Positions 21,053 through 32,000 of a DNA stretch of 32,000 bases are shown one piece after another (within the stretch, counting starts at the first letter, position 1; each line of letters starts with the position of its first letter). Origin of the DNA: Deinococcus radiodurans R1 = ATCC 13939 = DSM 20539 (lineage in GTDB: Bacteria > Deinococcota > Deinococci > Deinococcales > Deinococcaceae); NCBI RefSeq assembly GCF_000008565.1, contig NC_001263.1, positions 1,730,603-1,762,602 on the forward strand, written 5' to 3'. The notes beneath the pieces were generated by a model. It was not told where the DNA came from, ran no database searches, and saw only the letters and a list, made by a program, of their open reading frames with translations. Made by a program: the position numbers and the translations under genes.

Positions 21053-21844
21053 TTACTTTCCCTCGCGGGCGAAGCGCTCCAACTGCGCCCCGGCCCCGGC
21101 GCTGTCAACCTTGCCGCGCACCTTCAGCAGTTGGCTGGTGGCGGCGTCGTACTCGGCCAATCGGCCCGCCACGTCATAGACCAGGGCGCGGCGACCATCC
21201 GGCGCGAGGCGGGCGTCGGCGGCCCCAGCCCCGCCTGTTTGCAGGGCGCCCGGCGGATACGGCACCCGCGAGAGGGTCGCGATGGGGGCGCCCGTAGCAG
21301 CGTCGTAGACCGCAGCGGCCTGGCCCCCGAAGAAACGGAAGGAAGCGGTCACCATGCGCTTGCCCGCCGCGTCGAAGTGGACGTTGCCGCTGTAGCCGAT
21401 GTCCCAACCCTTGCCGTCCAGGGTGCCGAGCCGTTGCAGCGGCTCCAGGGACCAGAACGATGACCGTGTGCCCTGCCAGAAGTTTGTAGGCGTGGAGTCG
21501 CCCCAGAAGTTCAGCAGCAGTCGCGTGCTGTCGGGCGTGAAATCGGCGTTCAGGACGCGGGCAAAGGGCGCGAGGAAGGTCTTGACCCGTTCGCCCTTGT
21601 GCACGTCCCACAGTTGCACGTAGCCCTGGTCGGTCAGGTTGACCAGCCAGCGTCCGTCGGGGCTGAACTTGCTGGCCGTCACGGCGCTCAGGCCCCGCGT
21701 CGTCGCCTGAAACAGCAGGGTTTGGCCGTCGTAGACCTTCATGGCGCCGTAGCCGTGGGGCGTTCCTTTGGTGATGTCAGCGCGCAACTCTGCTGAGGCG
21801 GAGGCACACAGCAGCAGCGCGAGCAGCGGAATCAGTCGGGGCAT
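21053..21844 (-). CDS. Secreted protein with WD40-like/PD40 beta-propeller repeats (263 aa)
   Basis: The signal peptide is MPRLIPLLALLLCASASA. The repeated ...FSPDGRWLV... and ...LAPDGRRALV... motifs are typical of TolB-like PD40 repeats. Confidence 0.6.
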   Translation of the reverse strand: MPRLIPLLALLLCASASAELRADITKGTPHGYGAMKVYDGQTLLFQATTRGLSAVTASKFSPDGRWLVNLTDQGYVQLWDVHKGERVKTFLAPFARVLNADFTPDSTRLLLNFWGDSTPTNFWQGTRSSFWSLEPLQRLGTLDGKGWDIGYSGNVHFDAAGKRMVTASFRFFGGQAAAVYDAATGAPIATLSRVPYPPGALQTGGAGAADARLAPDGRRALVYDVAGRLAEYDAATSQLLKVRGKVDSAGAGAQLERFAREGK

Positions 21845-22013
21845 GGGTCAGGGTAGGTCAGGAGTAGGCGCGGGGGCGTCCGCCTTTTGGTGGAGAGGCA
21901 GGCACCCTTCATTTCGGTACAGGCTTGAATCTTGAGCACGCTGGGCAAACGTCAGCGGGCCAAACTCTTTGTTCACCAGCGGGGGTAGAGGCGGCGTATC
22001 GCGGACAGCAAGT

Positions 22014-22739
22014 TCAGTGTTGGCCTCTCCCCAGCATGGCCCGCAATTCTTCAGGTGTATACGCAGGTCGCCGCTGGTGAAGCATGGCATGACAGTTCGG
22101 ACAGACGGGAATCAGGTCGGTCAGTGGATTCACTTCGTACTGTCTGCCCACCTCGGCCAGTGACCGCAGATGATGAACCTGGATATAGCCCCGCGCTACT
22201 TCACCATAAATCGCCACCAAGTCTGTCTCGCATACCCGGCATACTGTTCCAAAATGCGCGATACATGCGGCTCTCGCCCCTGCATTGCGCTCATAGGCAT
22301 TGACGAAAATCTGGCGCGTTGCTCCTTCTACAAATGTTCTGGCTTCCTCCGCTGAAACGCCTTCCGCCTCGTTATCAAGCGACTCGCTGCTTTGCCACCC
22401 CAGAGTCAGAAGAGCATCCTTGAGTTGTGGCCGCAACGTCCAGTAAAAGCGCCCGCCATCCCAGCGTCCCGACGCGATATAGCGCCACCAGTGTGGGTCG
22501 CCGTCTCCCGCGTCAGGCAAAGACCCCAGCACAGGGGCAAACTTGCGCGAGAGTTCGCCAATTCGCAGATTCGCCGCCGACCAACCACCCGCCACATTTG
22601 CCGCTGCCGCCAGAGAATGCGCGGTCAGGGTCTGTTCGGGCGCGTCCAGAAAGGCTTGCAAAATGCGCCGATTGTTCTCAGTCAGCGGCATCTGCTCCAG
22701 GGCAAAGGCGAATTGTTCGGGAGGCCAGGAGAGAGGCAT
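22014..22739 (-). CDS. HNH endonuclease with an uncharacterised ~150-aa N-terminal domain (241 aa)
   Basis: The C-terminus, ...VCRVCETDLVAIYGEVARGYIQVHHLRSLAEVGRQYEVNPLTDLIPVCPNCHAMLH, is a canonical CxxC...HH...N...CxxCH HNH/McrA-like motif. The local GC is visibly lower than the flanks (about 52% in 22201-22260 by hand count). Confidence 0.8.
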   Translation of the reverse strand: MPLSWPPEQFAFALEQMPLTENNRRILQAFLDAPEQTLTAHSLAAAANVAGGWSAANLRIGELSRKFAPVLGSLPDAGDGDPHWWRYIASGRWDGGRFYWTLRPQLKDALLTLGWQSSESLDNEAEGVSAEEARTFVEGATRQIFVNAYERNAGARAACIAHFGTVCRVCETDLVAIYGEVARGYIQVHHLRSLAEVGRQYEVNPLTDLIPVCPNCHAMLHQRRPAYTPEELRAMLGRGQH

Positions 22740-22822
22740 GAACCATTTTGTAATAGAAAACCCCCACCCAACCGGTCAGGGGCCTTCTTTCCATCACCCA
22801 TCACCTGTCAACCATCGGCGCC

Positions 22823-25165
<2,343 letters not shown>

Positions 25166-25288
25166 GCGTTTTCTCCGTTGGCGTGGGTTGAGACGCCGCG
25201 CCGCTTGGGGGGATTTGTGTTGCCTTACCGCCCAAGTTTAACCGAGTGCAGACGCGGGGGCGCGGGGGTTTGTCTGAGTGAGGTGGAC

Positions 25289-26122
25289 ATGTCAGGCTGG
25301 GGTATGCCCCGTCCCGTGTTCATCGTGTCCGACCACACCGGCCTGACCGCCGAGAACATCGCCCGTGCGCTGCTCACGCACTTTCCGGGTCAGCCGCTGC
25401 GGTACCTGCGCCGGCCTTTCACGTCCGACGCGCAGGCCGCGCAGGCGGTGGTAAGTGAGGTGGAGGCGCTGGCGGCGAGCGGCGAGCGGCCCCTGATTTT
25501 CACGACCACCACGCAGCCGGACGTGCTGGAAGCGTTGCAGACGGCCCCCGCGCAGGTGTTCGACCTGCTTACCGAGAATCTACGGCTGCTGGAAGGGGAA
25601 TTCGCCGAGCCGCCGCAACTCGGCGCGGGCGGGCACCACGACATGCAGGACTCGGAGGCGTACCTCTCGCGCATGGAGGCGCTCGACTTCGCCCTCGCCA
25701 CCGACGACGGCATCGGCGACAAGCAGTACGGCCTGAGCGACGTGATTCTGGTGGGCGTCTCGCGCGCCGGCAAGACGCCCACCAGCCTCTTTCTGGCGCT
25801 GCAACACGGCATCCGCGCCAGCAATTACCCGCTGGCCGAGGACGATTTCGAGCGCGAGGGCCTGCCCGCGCCGCTGGAACAGTACCGCAGCAAACTGTTC
25901 GGGCTGACGATTGACCCCCGGCGCCTGCACGCCATTCGCACCCAGCGCAAGCCGGGCAGCAAGTACGCCAGCATCGAGCAGTGCGAGTACGAGGTCCGGC
26001 GGGCGAGTGCGCTGTTTGCTCGGCTGGGCCTGCCGGTCAAAGACACCACCAGCGCCAGCGTGGAAGAGATCGCGGCGGGGGTGCTCGCGCTGCTGCGCCA
26101 GTCGGGGCGGCTGGAGGGGTGA
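25289..26122 (+). CDS. ppsR: PEP synthase regulatory protein (bifunctional kinase/pyrophosphorylase, DUF299/PSRP), 277 aa
   Basis: This is trimmed from track ORF 25178..26122 to the ATG at 25289, where TGAGG lies 5 nt upstream. Motifs are ...[24 protein letters not shown]... and the P-loop [17 protein letters not shown]. It is divergent from ppsA, as in E. coli. Confidence 0.88.
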   Translation: MSGWGMPRPVFIVSDHTGLTAENIARALLTHFPGQPLRYLRRPFTSDAQAAQAVVSEVEALAASGERPLIFTTTTQPDVLEALQTAPAQVFDLLTENLRLLEGEFAEPPQLGAGGHHDMQDSEAYLSRMEALDFALATDDGIGDKQYGLSDVILVGVSRAGKTPTSLFLALQHGIRASNYPLAEDDFEREGLPAPLEQYRSKLFGLTIDPRRLHAIRTQRKPGSKYASIEQCEYEVRRASALFARLGLPVKDTTSASVEEIAAGVLALLRQSGRLEG

Positions 26123-26249
26123 GCCGCCCGCTGTGTCAGGCCCCCGCTCTCGTAGGTCTGAAACTTCGCGCAGCTTGACAAGTCCGCTGCGTCCAGACCC
26201 GGAGTTTCTCTTGCTCGCTTCGTTCGGAAAAAGTGCTTGCCTGTGCCAA

Positions 26250-26948
26250 CTATTTTTCAGAGGGGAAGAAGTGGGCGTAGTGCCGCTCGAAGACTGTGGT
26301 CGTGGTGGTCGGTACCTTCAGGCCGTAGAGCCGGGCGAACGAATTGCGGAAGGCGAGCAGTTCGGGACGCAGCTTGTCCAACGTCTTGGACGTGGGGTAT
26401 TCGTCGTTGATGTCCGCCGCGTCAAAGCCGTCGGCGAGGCCCAGCGTGGCGCCGGCAATCATTTCCCAGATGTCGGTCCCCACACCGTTGTCGGTGAACA
26501 CCTGCCCCGTTTCCCAGGCCCGGTTGAGGTAGCGGAAGGTCATGTCCACGGTGGGCTGGCTCAGGCCCGCGAACGGCGAGCCGCGCTGCGAGGGCCGCGC
26601 CACGTTCATGTTCGCCATCGGGTCCAGGTACACGTCGGCGGCGGCGAACATAAAGCGCAAAGAGTCGGCGTCCGTGATTTTCCCTGCCGCCGCGCCCTTG
26701 CTGGCGGCGAAATACAGGGCGAGCGCCGCTTCCTGAAGCGTGGGCTTGGGCTTGGCGGCCAGTGCGAGCGCCTGTTCGTAGCTGCCGGCCCGCAACTTGT
26801 CCAACAGAGGAAGATAGTCGGCCCAGCGCCCTGCGGGGAGCTTTAAGCGGTTGCCCGCGTTGTCGCGCAACTGCTCCAGCGTGTAGGCGTGGGCCGACGA
26901 CGTGCTGCACGCCAGAAGCGCCAGAGCACCCAGCAGGATTTTGTTCAT
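26250..26948 (-). CDS. Hypothetical lipoprotein / secreted protein (232 aa)
   Basis: The signal peptide MNKILLGALALLACSTSSAHA has a lipobox-like LLAC. I recognise no family. Confidence 0.6.
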   Translation of the reverse strand: MNKILLGALALLACSTSSAHAYTLEQLRDNAGNRLKLPAGRWADYLPLLDKLRAGSYEQALALAAKPKPTLQEAALALYFAASKGAAAGKITDADSLRFMFAAADVYLDPMANMNVARPSQRGSPFAGLSQPTVDMTFRYLNRAWETGQVFTDNGVGTDIWEMIAGATLGLADGFDAADINDEYPTSKTLDKLRPELLAFRNSFARLYGLKVPTTTTTVFERHYAHFFPSEK

Positions 26949-27066
26949 GGCGTCACTTTAGGCGGTCAGGACAACGGTGTGCGGCGCCGCTCTTCATCGG
27001 CCTTGTAGAGAACTCCCCTAACCTCTCCCCCTTTCTGCCCCGCCCCGGCGGCCTATCCTCTCCCCC

Positions 27067-28344
27067 ATGAACCATGACATCCCCGCCCTCGCCCTCGGCC
27101 CCCAGGGGGAGGTGATGGCCCACGCCATAGACGCCTGCGTGCACTGCGGCTTTTGCCTGCCCGCCTGCCCGACTTACGCGCTGCTCGGCGACGAGATGGA
27201 CAGCCCGCGCGGAAGAATTGTGCTGATGAAGGAAGTGCTGGAAGGTTCGCTCGAACTGGAAGACGCCGCCCCACACCTCGACCGCTGCCTGGGCTGCCAG
27301 GGCTGCGTGACCGCCTGCCCGAGCGGGGTGCCCTACGGCGAACTGATTACCAGTTTTCGCGGCTGGAGCGAGCCGCAGCGGGAACGCACGCCCCTGGACC
27401 GTGCCAAGCGCTACGCGATTCTGAAGGCGCTGCCCGCTCCCAAACTGTTCAGCGTGGCCGCCCGAGTCGGACAGTTTGCAAAGCCGCTCGCCCCCGCGCT
27501 GCCCGCCGCCCTGAAAGCACCGCTGGACTTGTTGCCTGAGCATGTTCCGGCGATGCAGCCGCAACCGCGCGTGACGCCCGCGAGGGGACAGCGCCGGGGC
27601 CGGGTGGCGTTCCTCGCCGGGTGCGCTCAGCAGGCATTGACGCCGAATTTCAACGCAGCGACCTTGCGCGTCCTGAGTCGCAACGGCATCGAAGTCGTGA
27701 TTCCCGAGGGCCAGGGCTGCTGCGGGGCCGCCGCGCTGCACACCGGGGCACGTGATGAGGCGCTGCGGCTGGTGCGCGCCAACCTCGCAGCCTTTAATCC
27801 CGACGAGTACGACGCCATTCTGTCCAATGCGGCGGGCTGCGGCGCGGGCCTCAAGGAGTACCCGGTGGTGCTGCACGGCCTGCCCGACGAAGCGCAGGCG
27901 CAGGCGTTCGCGGCGAAGGTGCAGGACATCAGCGAGTATCTGGCCGGGCTGCTGCGAGACGGCGAACTCGCGCCGCTGATGCCCACGCGGGAGCCGGTCA
28001 AAGTCGCCTACCACGACGCCTGCCATCTCGCCCACGCACAGGGTGTCCGCTCGGCGCCGCGTGAGCTGCTGCGGGCCATTCCGGGCGTGACGCTGACCGA
28101 GATTCCCGAGGGCGACCTGTGCTGCGGCTCGGCGGGGACGTACAACCTGGAGCAGCCCGAACTGGCAAACCAGTTAGGTCAGCGTAAGGCGAAGAACATC
28201 CTGGGCACGCAACCCGACCTGATCGCCAGCGGCAACATCGGTTGCCACACGCAGATTCAGAGCCATGTAAGACGACAGGGCAGCCCGGTGCCGGTGATGC
28301 ACACGGTGGAAGTGCTGGATTTGGCTTATCGGGGGGAGCTGTGA
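27067..28344 (+). CDS. glcF: Glycolate oxidase iron-sulfur subunit
   Basis: It has two 4Fe-4S motifs, [14 protein letters not shown] and [15 protein letters not shown], followed by two CCG-type repeats ([13 protein letters not shown] and [11 protein letters not shown]). The N-terminus is collinear with E. coli GlcF. Confidence 0.85.
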   Translation: MNHDIPALALGPQGEVMAHAIDACVHCGFCLPACPTYALLGDEMDSPRGRIVLMKEVLEGSLELEDAAPHLDRCLGCQGCVTACPSGVPYGELITSFRGWSEPQRERTPLDRAKRYAILKALPAPKLFSVAARVGQFAKPLAPALPAALKAPLDLLPEHVPAMQPQPRVTPARGQRRGRVAFLAGCAQQALTPNFNAATLRVLSRNGIEVVIPEGQGCCGAAALHTGARDEALRLVRANLAAFNPDEYDAILSNAAGCGAGLKEYPVVLHGLPDEAQAQAFAAKVQDISEYLAGLLRDGELAPLMPTREPVKVAYHDACHLAHAQGVRSAPRELLRAIPGVTLTEIPEGDLCCGSAGTYNLEQPELANQLGQRKAKNILGTQPDLIASGNIGCHTQIQSHVRRQGSPVPVMHTVEVLDLAYRGEL

Positions 28345-28363
28345 AGGCGGCGCTGGTCTGGAC

Positions 28364-28500
28364 GCCCCCTCACCCCCTTGCTTCGCAAGGCCCCTCCCCC
28401 GCGGGTGGGGAGGGGAAAAAGACCCTCTCCCCTTGCGGGGGAGGGCGCTGCAAAGCAGCGGGAGGGGGGGCGTGTGACCACTCCACCCTCACCCCCGGAG
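28364..28500. repeat. Deinococcus-type small noncoding repeat (SNR-like), copy 2, a composite of about four GC hairpins, located between glcF and glcD
   Basis: It shares CCCCCTCACCCCCTTGCTTCGCAAGGCCCCTCCCCC with 9306-9340. The hairpins are CCTTGC-ttc-GCAAGG (28376-28390), CCCCTCCCC...GGGGAGGGG, CCCTCTCCCC-ttgc-GGGGGAGGG and CGCTGC-aaa-GCAGCG. Confidence 0.6.
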
Positions 28501-28507
28501 GCCCCCA

Positions 28508-29944
<1,437 letters not shown>

Positions 29945-29947
29945 TGG

Positions 29948-30658
29948 GTGATGGAAAAAGACATGCACGCTGAGGCTCAAGTCCTCATCAACAATCAACA
30001 ATCAACCATCCACGTCTCCCCCGACGACCAGACCCTCACCGTTTCCGCCGATACCCCGCTGCTCGACGTGTACGCCGCACTGCCCCCCGGCCTGTTTCCA
30101 CCGTTTCCCCCGGTGGAATTACCGGGCGGCGTGGGTGGCCTCGTCTCACGCGGCGGCTTCGGGCAGAATTTCTTTTTCGGAGCGGAGGTGCTGGGCGTGA
30201 CTTTCCGCGCCCCAAGCGGGCGGGTCGTGAAGGCCGGCGGGCGCACCGTGAAAAACGTGCAGGGCTACGACCTGACGCGGCCTTTCGTGGGCAGTTTCGG
30301 CGCCCTGGGCGAGGCGTTGGAGATTCACCTGCGCCTGCGCCCCGGCCTCTGCATGCGCCACGTCGCGGCTTCGGGGCGGCTGGCCGACTTGCCGCCGACC
30401 TCCGCCCGCTTCGTGTGGGAAGCGCAGGGACAGGTTCACTTGCTGCATTTCGGTCACGAGCGCGAGGTGGAGCGGGCGCTGAGCGTGCTGCCGGGCGCAG
30501 TGGAAATCACAGGCGGGCAGGACTTGAGCGCTCCTTTCCCAGACGGCGTGGGCGTCGGTGAAGGTGGCCCACTCCGCGACCTGCGGTTCGGCTGGGTGAA
30601 CGGTGCAGCGCGGCCTGAGGTTCCGGCGTTGTTCGGGCGGCTGGCGGCGAGTTTGTAA
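29948..30658 (+). CDS. glcE: Glycolate oxidase FAD-binding subunit GlcE-like, short form (about 232-236 aa)
   Basis: It follows glcD by 3 nt. Possible starts are the GTG at 29948, the ATG at 29951 or the ATG at 29963. ...[13 protein letters not shown]...[55 protein letters not shown] is typical of GlcE, but the protein is shorter than E. coli GlcE. Confidence 0.7.
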   Translation: MMEKDMHAEAQVLINNQQSTIHVSPDDQTLTVSADTPLLDVYAALPPGLFPPFPPVELPGGVGGLVSRGGFGQNFFFGAEVLGVTFRAPSGRVVKAGGRTVKNVQGYDLTRPFVGSFGALGEALEIHLRLRPGLCMRHVAASGRLADLPPTSARFVWEAQGQVHLLHFGHEREVERALSVLPGAVEITGGQDLSAPFPDGVGVGEGGPLRDLRFGWVNGAARPEVPALFGRLAASL

Positions 30659-30671
30659 GGCACTTCGCACC

Positions 30672-30708
30672 AAAAAAAAGGCCCTGCTCTACTTGCGAGC
30701 AGGGCCTT
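30672..30708. terminator. Intrinsic terminator between convergent glcE (+) and the CsgG-like gene (-); the T-run is on the minus strand
   Basis: The stem is AAGGCCCTGCTC (30678-30689) / GAGCAGGGCCTT (30697-30708) with a 7-nt loop. The plus-strand A8 run at 30672-30679 gives U8 for the minus-strand transcript. Confidence 0.7.
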
Positions 30709-30721
30709 CTGGCAACGGGCT

Positions 30722-31360
30722 TTACTCCTTGTAATAGGAAGCCGGCACCTTGAGGAGCAACTGCTGAGCGGCGTTGTTCAGCATCTGCGAGATAGCGGCT
30801 TCAAGCTGAGGGCTCGACTGCGCGCCGACATTCACGGGCAGCAGGCCGCTGACGTTGAAGTTGTTGCCTTCCGCCTTGCCCTGCACCTGGGTCGCGCCGA
30901 TGATGCGGCGGGTCTTGGCGTCTACGATGCGCAGGTCCATGGCGATGGTGCTGCTCTTTTTGCCGACTGACACGCCCATGAACGACAGCCCACCGCTGGA
31001 CGCCTGGGGTTCGTACTGCGTGATGGCACCGAAAATCAGCACGTCCGCACCCTGGAAGGTCGCGCCGCCGTTGAGGAAGGCTTCTTCGGTCAGCTGAGCT
31101 GTGTTTTCACGCTCGTACACGGCGAATTTGCCAGTGTTGAGCAGAGCGGTGGTCAGGGCGTCGCCGATGCCCTCGCCCAGGCCGCCGTAGCACTTCTCGG
31201 CCTTGCACTTCAGGCTACCGACGGCAATGTTGACCTGGCCCTGGGGCAGGGCGGGGGCCGCCGCCACCGGAGCGGGGGTAGGGGCCGCCGCCGTCTGAGC
31301 AACGGCAACAGGGGCGACGAGGAAGGCGGTAGCGAGGACAGCAGTCAAGACTTTTTTCAT
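30722..31360 (-). CDS. CsgG/HfaB-family (curli-transport-component-like) periplasmic/outer-membrane protein, 212 aa
   Basis: This is trimmed from track ORF 30722..31552 to the ATG at 31360, where GGAG lies 8 nt upstream. The signal peptide is MKKVLTAVLATAFLVAPVAVAQ. ...GLGEGIGDALTTALLNTGKFAVYERENTAQLTEE...GADVLIFGAITQYE...GGLSF...IAMDLRIVDAKTRRIIG... follows the CsgG-family pattern. Confidence 0.62.
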   Translation of the reverse strand: MKKVLTAVLATAFLVAPVAVAQTAAAPTPAPVAAAPALPQGQVNIAVGSLKCKAEKCYGGLGEGIGDALTTALLNTGKFAVYERENTAQLTEEAFLNGGATFQGADVLIFGAITQYEPQASSGGLSFMGVSVGKKSSTIAMDLRIVDAKTRRIIGATQVQGKAEGNNFNVSGLLPVNVGAQSSPQLEAAISQMLNNAAQQLLLKVPASYYKE

Positions 31361-31395
31361 AACAGACTCCAGAAGGAAGTGAGAAGGCGAAAGGT

Positions 31396-32000
31396 TCAGA
31401 AATCCCCGGTCAGACCGGGCGCAGGCAGAGGAAAACCGGGAAGTGGCAGGCCGCCGCCACCTTCGGGGAAGCCACCAGACAGGCCGGACGCACCCGCCGC
31501 AGCCGCCGCGCCGCGCTGGTCGAGCGGCAGTTCGTAGCGCGACACGACGCACAGGCCCTGCTCGCCGAGGCTGACGAGGCGGTGCCCGGTGATGCGCCCG
31601 CCGCGCAGCAGGGCTTCCGAGCGGGCGGACGTGGCGCTGTAGACGGTCTCGACGGCCACGTTGGAGAGGTTGAGTTCGTTGTTCCTGACGGTGGTCGCGG
31701 TGCTGTCCACGCTGCCTTCGCCCTTCACCGTCCGCACCCGGACCCCGTTCAGGGCTTCGGCGGCGGCGCCCATGGCTTTCAGATCGGCTTTCTGCACCGC
31801 TGGGGTCAGCGCCATCACGCCTTTGGCCTTGTACAGCACGGCGGGCACGACCCCGAATCCGTAGACCCGCAACGTGTCGTTTTTGCCGTCGTGGTCGGCG
31901 TCATACGGCGTGGTGGCCGGGGCCATGCACTGCATCAGCATGTTCAGGGCATCTACTGGAGTGATTTGCTGCTGCTGCACGGTGTAACTCTGCTTGATGC
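31396..32000 (-). CDS. Hypothetical protein, C-terminal part, with a Gly/Pro-rich tail; probably truncated by the right window edge
   Basis: The track start at 31980 is a GTG, but the frame stays open to position 31998 (upstream codons read IKQSYT). The protein ends ...GASGLSGGFPEGGGGLPLPGFPLPAPGLTGDF. It lies 35 nt upstream of the CsgG-like gene on the same strand. Confidence 0.5.
   Translation of the reverse strand, partial: IKQSYTVQQQQITPVDALNMLMQCMAPATTPYDADHDGKNDTLRVYGFGVVPAVLYKAKGVMALTPAVQKADLKAMGAAAEALNGVRVRTVKGEGSVDSTATTVRNNELNLSNVAVETVYSATSARSEALLRGGRITGHRLVSLGEQGLCVVSRYELPLDQRGAAAAAGASGLSGGFPEGGGGLPLPGFPLPAPGLTGDF

Noticed and set aside
21848-22090. An 80-aa minus-strand ORF overlapping the 3' end of the HNH gene.
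   Set aside because: It overlaps the HNH coding frame, has no start context and has no recognisable sequence features.
22745-22822. A candidate ppsA terminator (CCCCTGACCGGTTGGGTGGGG + TTTT on the minus strand).
   Set aside because: The pairing requires G-U wobbles and a bulge, with a minimal loop around the ACCGGT palindrome. It is too weak to report as a feature without folding energies.
28364-28500. G/C-rich repeated hairpins considered as a CRISPR array.
   Set aside because: There is no regularly spaced identical direct repeat with unique spacers. The units are different palindromes, not one repeat, and there are no cas genes in the window.

Overview
This is a high-GC (about two-thirds G+C by eye) bacterial chromosomal segment of Deinococcus type. 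The proteins I can read are PolA (starting MADASPDPSKPDTLVLIDGHALAFRSYF), an Nramp MntH, AcnA, GdhA, PpsA/PpsR and GlcF/D/E. They match my memory of the Deinococcus radiodurans chromosome 1 region around polA (DR_1707) and the Nramp Mn transporter (DR_1709). The organism and locus tags are from memory and unverified. I call 26 protein genes. I saw no rRNA, tRNA, CRISPR array, transposase or integrase. Most of the window is housekeeping: polA 5' part, mntH, a family-5 SBP plus M20 amidohydrolase, aat, a GNAT, a CoA-transferase, gdhA, acnA, a P450 plus FAD oxidoreductase, ppsA/ppsR, glcF-glcD-glcE and a CsgG-like gene.

The main accessory signal lies at 16.45-18.18 kb, wedged between the convergent core genes acnA and the P450 gene. 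It holds two single-gene cassettes: an AT-rich DUF4238-like gene and a Uma2-family nuclease. Each cassette is preceded by the same 35-nt layout of hairpin arm, ATAAAAT and ATG, and the pair is bounded by three copies of a hairpin with an identical GC stem. I regard this as the best candidate for a poorly described (defence-like) module.

Other points:
- A reduced-GC HNH nuclease gene with an unassigned N-terminal domain.
- A palindromic operator over a leaderless mntH promoter.
- A 1-nt frame disruption at the 5' end of gdhA.
- Deinococcus-type small noncoding repeats, including one between glcF and glcD.
- Two long structured non-coding spacers.

The many long antisense ORFs in the supplied track are GC-driven shadow ORFs. 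The track also omits edge-truncated genes such as polA.
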